A DNA stretch of 64,000 nt from Clostridia bacterium (GTDB lineage Bacteria; Bacillota; Clostridia; UBA1212; UBA1255), in contig JAFZEI010000015.1 of assembly GCA_017560765.1 (NCBI GenBank), positions 397-64,396 on the forward strand, in the 5' to 3' direction. The notes under the pieces were generated by a model that ran no database searches, was not told where the DNA came from, and saw only the letters and a program-made list of their open reading frames with translations. How positions within the stretch are numbered: the first letter of the stretch is position 1; each line of letters opens with the position of its first letter. Made by a program: the position numbers and the translations under genes. This document shows positions 58,462-64,000 of this stretch, piece by piece.

Positions 58462-61400
58462 TTATTCCGAATCGGTATCGCCTGAAATTCCTACGAAAAC
58501 GTCAGCATCCAAAGCTGTACCCTCTTCGTCGAAATCCCCAACTGCAACATCGACAGTATCATCAAAATCGTCATCATGGAGAACATCTTCCTGTGTATCG
58601 ATGTCGTTGCCCATAAATATTGCACCTGACTCATCTGTAAAAGTCTGGAAATCAGGATTATATACATCCTTCTTTGTTCTGTACTTTTCAGGATTCTTAA
58701 TATAGTCTTCTTCTGCTTCCTTAAGCGGAATTTCTGTATTATCGTCAGTAAAGATACGAACATCAAGAGCCAAACTCTGAAGTTCTTTTACCAATACCTT
58801 AAATGACTCAGGTATACCCGGCTCAGGAACGTTCTCTCCTTTTACAATTGCTTCGTATGTTTTTACACGACCGATAGTGTCATCTGACTTAATTGTAAGA
58901 ATCTCTTGCAATGTATAAGCTGCACCATAAGCCTCCAAAGCCCAAACCTCCATCTCACCGAAACGCTGTCCGCCGAATTGTGCCTTACCACCCAAAGGTT
59001 GCTGTGTTACCAAAGAGTAAGGACCTGTTGAACGTGCGTGGATCTTATCGTCAACCAAGTGATGGAGTTTAAGGTAGTACATATAACCAACGGTTACAGG
59101 ATTGTCAAAAGGCTCACCTGTACGTCCGTCATAAAGTGTTGTCTTACCATCGGGACTCTTTCCTGCTAATTTAAGAGTTTCAATGATGTCATGCTCTGAC
59201 GCACCGTCAAATACAGGCGTAGCAATCTTCCAGCCTAAAGCTTTTGCAGCATAACCCAAATGCACTTCAAGAACCTGACCGATATTCATACGAGAAGGAA
59301 CGCCCAAAGGATTCAATACGATTTCCAATGGTGTACCGTCAGGAAGGAAAGGCATATCTTCCTCAGGAAGAATTCTTGAAATAACACCCTTGTTACCATG
59401 ACGTCCGGCCATTTTATCACCAACAGAAAGTTTTCTCTTCTGTGCAATATAAACTCTTACCATACGGTTAACGCCGGGAGAAAGTTCATCATCATTTTCG
59501 CGAGTAAATTCTTTAACATCAACAACGATACCTGACTCTCCATGAGGAACCTTCAACGAAGTGTCTCTAACGTCTCTGGATTTTTCACCGAAAATTGCAC
59601 GGAGCAAGCGCTCTTCTGCTGTAAGCTCAGTCTCACCCTTCGGAGTTACTTTACCTACAAGAATATCTCCTGCGTGAACCTCAGAACCAACAATAATTAC
59701 ACCGTTAGGATCAAGCATCTTCAATGCATCTTCGCCCACGTGCGGAATCTCAGCTGTAATTTCTTCGGGTCCCAGCTTTGTATCTCTTGCTTCACACTCA
59801 TATTCCTCTATATGAATAGAAGTGTATATATCTTCTTTAACTAACTTTTCACTAATAAGAACGGCATCCTCGTAGTTGTAACCTTCCCAAGTCATAAAGC
59901 CAATCAATGCATTGTGACCCAAGGCAATTTCTCCCTTGTCTGTAGAAGGACCATCTGCAATTACATCTCCTGCTTTTACTTCCTGTCCAAATGTTACAAC
60001 CGGCTTTTGATTAATACATGTGCCCTGATTTGAACGCATATATTTAAGCAGTGTATATTTATCCTCTGTGCCATCTTCTCTTCTGATAGTGATATATTTA
60101 CCGGTTACATCTGTTACAACACCATCATATTTTGAAAGTACAACAGCTCCGGAATCTCTTGCAGCCTTGTACTCAATACCGGTAGCAACGATAGGTGCCT
60201 CAGAACGCATAAGCGGTACTGCCTGACGCTGCATGTTAGAACCCATAAGCGCACGGCTGGCGTCGTCGTTTTCAAGGAACGGAATCATTGCAGCTGCAAC
60301 TGATACAACCTGCTTAGGTGATACGTCCATGTAATCTACGCGTTCGCCTTCAATTTCAAGGAATTCATCGCGGAAACGGCAAACAACTTTACGATTCATA
60401 AAGTGTCCTTCTTCATCCAAAGGCTCATTTGCCTGAGCAACAATATATTTATCCTCTTCATCAGCCATAAGATAGTCAATCTTGTCTGTAACACGCTTTG
60501 TAATAGGATCATACTTTCTATACGGAGCTTCAATGAAACCGTACTCATTGATTCTCGCGTATGTACTTAGCGAGCCAATCAAACCGATATTAGGACCTTC
60601 CGGTGTCTCAATAGGACACATACGACCATAGTGTGAATAGTGTACGTCACGTACATCAAACGTAGCTCTTTCACGATTAAGACCTCCGGGACCCAAGGCA
60701 CTGAGTCTTCTCTTATTGGCAAGCTCTGCCAACGGGTTTGTCTGATCCATAAATTGTGACAACTGGCTGGAACCAAAGAACTCTTTAATTGCTGCTGTCA
60801 CAGGTCTCGTATTAATGAGCGCTTGCGGTGTAACAACATCCTTTTCTTGCATTGCCATACGCTCGCGTACAATTCTCTCCATTCTGGAAAGACCAATACG
60901 AACTTGATTTTGGAGAAGCTCTCCTACCGAACGGATTCTTCTATTGCCCAAATGGTCTATATCATCTGTCTTGCCCAAATCGTACTGAAGATTTAATATA
61001 TAGCTAAATGACGACAAAATATCATCAAGTGTAAGATGCTTCGGTTGGAGATCGTTTACTCTCTCTTCGATTAATTTTTTAAGAACCTCTTCATCTCCCT
61101 CAGCTGCTTCTAAAATCTCGCTGAGTACCGTGAAGTTTACTCTCTCCGTGATACCTAATTCCTTAACATCAAATGTAACGTATTTAGTAATATCAACTGT
61201 GTTATTACCTCTAACTTTAACAGGTCTGTAAGGAGTATTTATTATAACAACATTTACGCCGCTGTCTTGGATTTCTACAGCCTTCTCCTCTGTCAAAACT
61301 TCACCTGCTGATGCAATAACCTCACCTGTACTTGTATTAATAACATCTGCAGCAAGTGTCTTTCCTGTAATCTGTGAGAACAGAGAAAGCTTTTTATTAA

Positions 61401-62277
61401 ATTTATAACGACCCACTTTTGCCAAATCATATCTCTTTGCATCAAAGAACATACCATAAAGCAATGACTTTGCATTCTCTACCAAAGCAGGCTCTCCGGG
61501 ACGAAGTTTCTTATATATCTCAAGTAAAGCAGAATCTGTATCTTTTGTTACATCCTTAAGGAATGTGTTTAAAAGACGCTCATCAATAAGATCCTCGTCT
61601 ATGCCCTCTGCAAACTCAGGTGCGAGCTCGTCCTTTGATATTGCAAATAAATTTTGAATATCAACATTATCACTGTATCCGAAAGCACGCAGGAGAATAG
61701 TTGCGGGAATTTTTCTGTTTCTGTCAATTCTTACATAAATGACATCACTAAAATCAATTTCTGTTTCGAGCCATGCGCCTCTGTTAGGAATAAGTGTAGA
61801 AGCAGTGATATACTTGCCCTTTGTTTTGTCGTAATTTTTCTCAAAATACGCACCGGGGGAACGCACCAACTGGCTCACGATAACACGCTCAGCACCATTC
61901 ATAATAAATGTGCCGTTTTCTGTCATACGGGGAAGTTCACCAAAATAGAGAACATCCTCTTTTATGATGCCCGTTTCTTTGTCAACAACGCGCACACGCA
62001 CCTTTAAGGGCGAAGCATACGTTGCATCTCTTTCTTTACACTCTTCAATTGAATAGTTTGTTTTATTTTCGAGATAATAATCTACGAATTCCAACATCAA
62101 ATTTCCCGAGTAATCGGTGATTGGGGAAATATCCTTAAAGACTTCTTTCAAACCTTCGTCCAAAAAGTGCTGATATGAACTTTTCTGAACAGCAATCAGG
62201 TTTGGCATATCAAGAATTTCCTGTATTCTTGAATAGCTTTTTCTTTCACTCTGACCGTACATTACCGAATGCACCAT
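58462..62277 (-). CDS. rpoB: DNA-directed RNA polymerase subunit beta
   Basis: 1271 aa. Full collinearity with RpoB, including rifampicin cluster region (...[19 protein letters not shown]...). Confidence 0.95.
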   Translation of the reverse strand: MVHSVMYGQSERKSYSRIQEILDMPNLIAVQKSSYQHFLDEGLKEVFKDISPITDYSGNLMLEFVDYYLENKTNYSIEECKERDATYASPLKVRVRVVDKETGIIKEDVLYFGELPRMTENGTFIMNGAERVIVSQLVRSPGAYFEKNYDKTKGKYITASTLIPNRGAWLETEIDFSDVIYVRIDRNRKIPATILLRAFGYSDNVDIQNLFAISKDELAPEFAEGIDEDLIDERLLNTFLKDVTKDTDSALLEIYKKLRPGEPALVENAKSLLYGMFFDAKRYDLAKVGRYKFNKKLSLFSQITGKTLAADVINTSTGEVIASAGEVLTEEKAVEIQDSGVNVVIINTPYRPVKVRGNNTVDITKYVTFDVKELGITERVNFTVLSEILEAAEGDEEVLKKLIEERVNDLQPKHLTLDDILSSFSYILNLQYDLGKTDDIDHLGNRRIRSVGELLQNQVRIGLSRMERIVRERMAMQEKDVVTPQALINTRPVTAAIKEFFGSSQLSQFMDQTNPLAELANKRRLSALGPGGLNRERATFDVRDVHYSHYGRMCPIETPEGPNIGLIGSLSTYARINEYGFIEAPYRKYDPITKRVTDKIDYLMADEEDKYIVAQANEPLDEEGHFMNRKVVCRFRDEFLEIEGERVDYMDVSPKQVVSVAAAMIPFLENDDASRALMGSNMQRQAVPLMRSEAPIVATGIEYKAARDSGAVVLSKYDGVVTDVTGKYITIRREDGTEDKYTLLKYMRSNQGTCINQKPVVTFGQEVKAGDVIADGPSTDKGEIALGHNALIGFMTWEGYNYEDAVLISEKLVKEDIYTSIHIEEYECEARDTKLGPEEITAEIPHVGEDALKMLDPNGVIIVGSEVHAGDILVGKVTPKGETELTAEERLLRAIFGEKSRDVRDTSLKVPHGESGIVVDVKEFTRENDDELSPGVNRMVRVYIAQKRKLSVGDKMAGRHGNKGVISRILPEEDMPFLPDGTPLEIVLNPLGVPSRMNIGQVLEVHLGYAAKALGWKIATPVFDGASEHDIIETLKLAGKSPDGKTTLYDGRTGEPFDNPVTVGYMYYLKLHHLVDDKIHARSTGPYSLVTQQPLGGKAQFGGQRFGEMEVWALEAYGAAYTLQEILTIKSDDTIGRVKTYEAIVKGENVPEPGIPESFKVLVKELQSLALDVRIFTDDNTEIPLKEAEEDYIKNPEKYRTKKDVYNPDFQTFTDESGAIFMGNDIDTQEDVLHDDDFDDTVDVAVGDFDEEGTALDADVFVGISGDTDSE

Positions 62278-62490
62278 AATTGATAATCACCTCATATTTT
62301 TTTCCTGCTAACAGCGTATAAGACATGCCCCTCAAAACTACCGCAAACTCCCATTGTACGCTGTAGAAGCTCGTGTTATAATCCCTCTTGTAATGTTCAT
62401 AAAAAATTCATATCCACAAGATGTAGTATGTGAAATTTTTAGACAACAAGACATGGCTGTAGTCCTTGCGAGATTACAACGCAGTTTGTT

Positions 62491-62519
62491 ACTTTATCAT
62501 ATTTCTGTCAATATGTCAA
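62491..62519 (-). promoter_or_regulatory. Candidate rpoB promoter (-35 TTGACA 62514-62519, 17 nt, extended -10 TGaTAAAGT 62491-62499)
   Basis: Minus-strand reading. Tandem TTGACA hexamers. About 210-nt leader to the rpoB ATG. Confidence 0.35.
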
Positions 62520-62553
62520 CATATTTTTGCGACTCATTTCAGAGAGGGTTAAA

Positions 62554-62589
62554 TAAAAAAGTAAATTCCAGTTTAAGCGGAATTTACTT
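62554..62589 (-). terminator. Terminator-like hairpin upstream of rpoB promoter (possible rplL terminator/attenuator remnant, or IS-end structure)
   Basis: 11-bp stem AAGTAAATTCC / GGAATTTACTT, 9-nt loop. On minus strand followed by T6. On plus strand followed only by T3-4. Confidence 0.4.
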
Positions 62590-62599
62590 TTACATCACA

Positions 62600-64000
62600 T
62601 TCTTTATGGTGTATTATCTATGTACCTCTCGTTCGCAGTAGAAATGAGGTATATATGGCTAAAAAAATACAAACTAATCAAAAACACTTGACACAGGACG
62701 ACAGAGTTACTATCGAAAAGTGTTTGGATGCAAAAACAACGCTGTGTCATATTGCACAAGAACTCGGAAAGGACCCTACTACTATTGCTAAAGAAATCAA
62801 AAAACATCGAACATTTCAACAGCATAACACTTTCAATGACAAGCCAAACCGTTGTGCATTAGCACCATCTTGTCACAGAAAAAATCTTTGTGAGATATTT
62901 GCTCCCATATGCAAAAAAGAATGCAAATATTGCCCGCGATGTCATAAACACTGTCCAGATTTTATTCCCTATGATTACCATTGTAAACTTACAGATAAAG
63001 CACCTTATGTTTGCAATGGTTGCCAGAAGAAAGCCCAATGTCGCTTAGATAAATATTTTTATCGGGCAACAAAAGCACAAAAGGAATACAAAACCATACT
63101 TTCAGAATCCAGAACAGGCATAAATCTTTCAGAAGAAGAATTGACTCTTCTGGACGAAACTATCAGTCCTCTAGTTCTGCAAGGACAATCTGTTTACATG
63201 ATACTTCAAAATCATCCCGAAATTACTTTGTGCGAAAAAACGATTTACAACTACATCGATTCGGGAGTTTTATCTGTAGGCAATCTTGAACTTCCTAAAA
63301 AGGTAAAATACAAAGTGCGTAAATCTCACGAAACTACAATAAATGATTCAGGCATTTTCGTCGGACGTACATACAAAGATTTTCTCGCTTTTATCAAAGA
63401 AAATCACGATATACGCATTACCGAAATGGATACTGTTTTAGGATGCGAAGGTAGCAAAAAGCTTCTCTTAACATTGCATTTTGGCGAGACCAATTTTATG
63501 ATGGCGTATCTTTTAGACTCAAAAGAAGCACGTGGTATAGAAGCTGTTTTCGATAGTATTAATTCCGCCCTCGGAACGCCTCTATTCTACAAATCAATGC
63601 CTGTAATACTCACAGACAGAGGTGGGGAATTTCGCCATCCCGACACACTTGAATGCAGCGTGGATAATTTAATCAGAACAAGTGTTTTTTATTGTGATCC
63701 TATGTCTTCGTGGCAGAAACCACATTGTGAAAAGAACCACGAATATATACGCAAAATCTGTCCGCAAGGCAAAACCTCTTTCGACAGATTAACACAAGAA
63801 GATGTAAATCTTATGATGAGTCACATTAACAGTTCATGCAGAGAAAGCCTCGGAGGTTTATCTCCTTTTGCTCTTGCAAAACTAATGTTACCAAAAGAAT
63901 TATTGTCATTTTTCAATTTAACGGAAATTCCTCCTGATGACATTATTCTTACGCCAAAGCTCTTAAAGGGTAAAATCGAAGTATGAATAAAAAATCACAG
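62600..64000 (+). mobile_element. IS30-family insertion sequence (left end approximate; right end beyond window)
   Basis: Contains the transposase gene below. No inverted repeats could be defined because the right terminus lies outside the window. Confidence 0.4.
62655..63986 (+). CDS. IS30-family DDE transposase with Cys/His-rich insertion after the HTH
   Basis: 443 aa. HTH like IS30 HTH2 (LTQDDRVTIEKCLDAKTTLCHIAQELGKDPTTIAKEIKKH). DDE triad contexts ITEMDTVLG / ILTDRGGEF / HCEKNHEYIR. C-terminal VFYCDPMSSWQKP...NHEYIRKICPQGKTSF...SSCRESLGGLSPF collinear with IS30 InsI ([29 protein letters not shown]...NNRPRKTLKFKTP). 13 Cys + several His between residues 66-130. Confidence 0.7.
   Translation: MAKKIQTNQKHLTQDDRVTIEKCLDAKTTLCHIAQELGKDPTTIAKEIKKHRTFQQHNTFNDKPNRCALAPSCHRKNLCEIFAPICKKECKYCPRCHKHCPDFIPYDYHCKLTDKAPYVCNGCQKKAQCRLDKYFYRATKAQKEYKTILSESRTGINLSEEELTLLDETISPLVLQGQSVYMILQNHPEITLCEKTIYNYIDSGVLSVGNLELPKKVKYKVRKSHETTINDSGIFVGRTYKDFLAFIKENHDIRITEMDTVLGCEGSKKLLLTLHFGETNFMMAYLLDSKEARGIEAVFDSINSALGTPLFYKSMPVILTDRGGEFRHPDTLECSVDNLIRTSVFYCDPMSSWQKPHCEKNHEYIRKICPQGKTSFDRLTQEDVNLMMSHINSSCRESLGGLSPFALAKLMLPKELLSFFNLTEIPPDDIILTPKLLKGKIEV

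Overview
This is a low-GC Firmicutes (Clostridia-type) chromosomal segment, possibly a Ruminococcus/Oscillospiraceae-like organism given a cohesin-like module. Almost all genes lie on the minus strand. The left third (about 1-6.8 kb) is housekeeping: a partial secreted protein, a DUF1540-like Cys-rich peptide, GTP-type PEP carboxykinase, and the conserved tatD-yabE-ksgA block with an acyl-ACP thioesterase. A roughly 28 kb surface-polysaccharide region (6.9-34.6 kb) is transcribed from a long AT-rich leader. It starts with a PglF/PglE/PglC-type initiating triad. Next is a decoration sub-cluster: MBL hydrolase, ATP-grasp ligase, SDR, hexapeptide acetyltransferase, LicD, LicC-like nucleotidyltransferase and a GDPD-like protein. 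Then come a GT2, Wzy, Wzx, WecC/WecB, a putative glycosyltransferase, Ugd and DeoC. Downstream sit a CE4 deacetylase and a split cyclic-beta-1,2-glucan-synthase-like pair: an 1826-aa membrane glycosyltransferase/cyclase and a stand-alone GH94 protein. The central-metabolism and regulator block holds DtxR/MntR, MecA, an rpiB-tktAB-PFOR cluster, SpmA/SpmB, and an AbrB-zinc-ribbon regulator. The right end carries the rpoB-rpoC / rpsL-rpsG-fusA-tuf region. This conserved locus is interrupted twice: a 4.1-kb secreted cohesin/ricin-lectin/papain-like protein gene with its own terminators lies between rpoC and rpsL, and an IS30-family transposase lies immediately upstream of the rpoB promoter. No CRISPR array, rRNA or tRNA gene was seen. 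All calls are from reading translated ORFs and motifs by eye; no database searches were possible.
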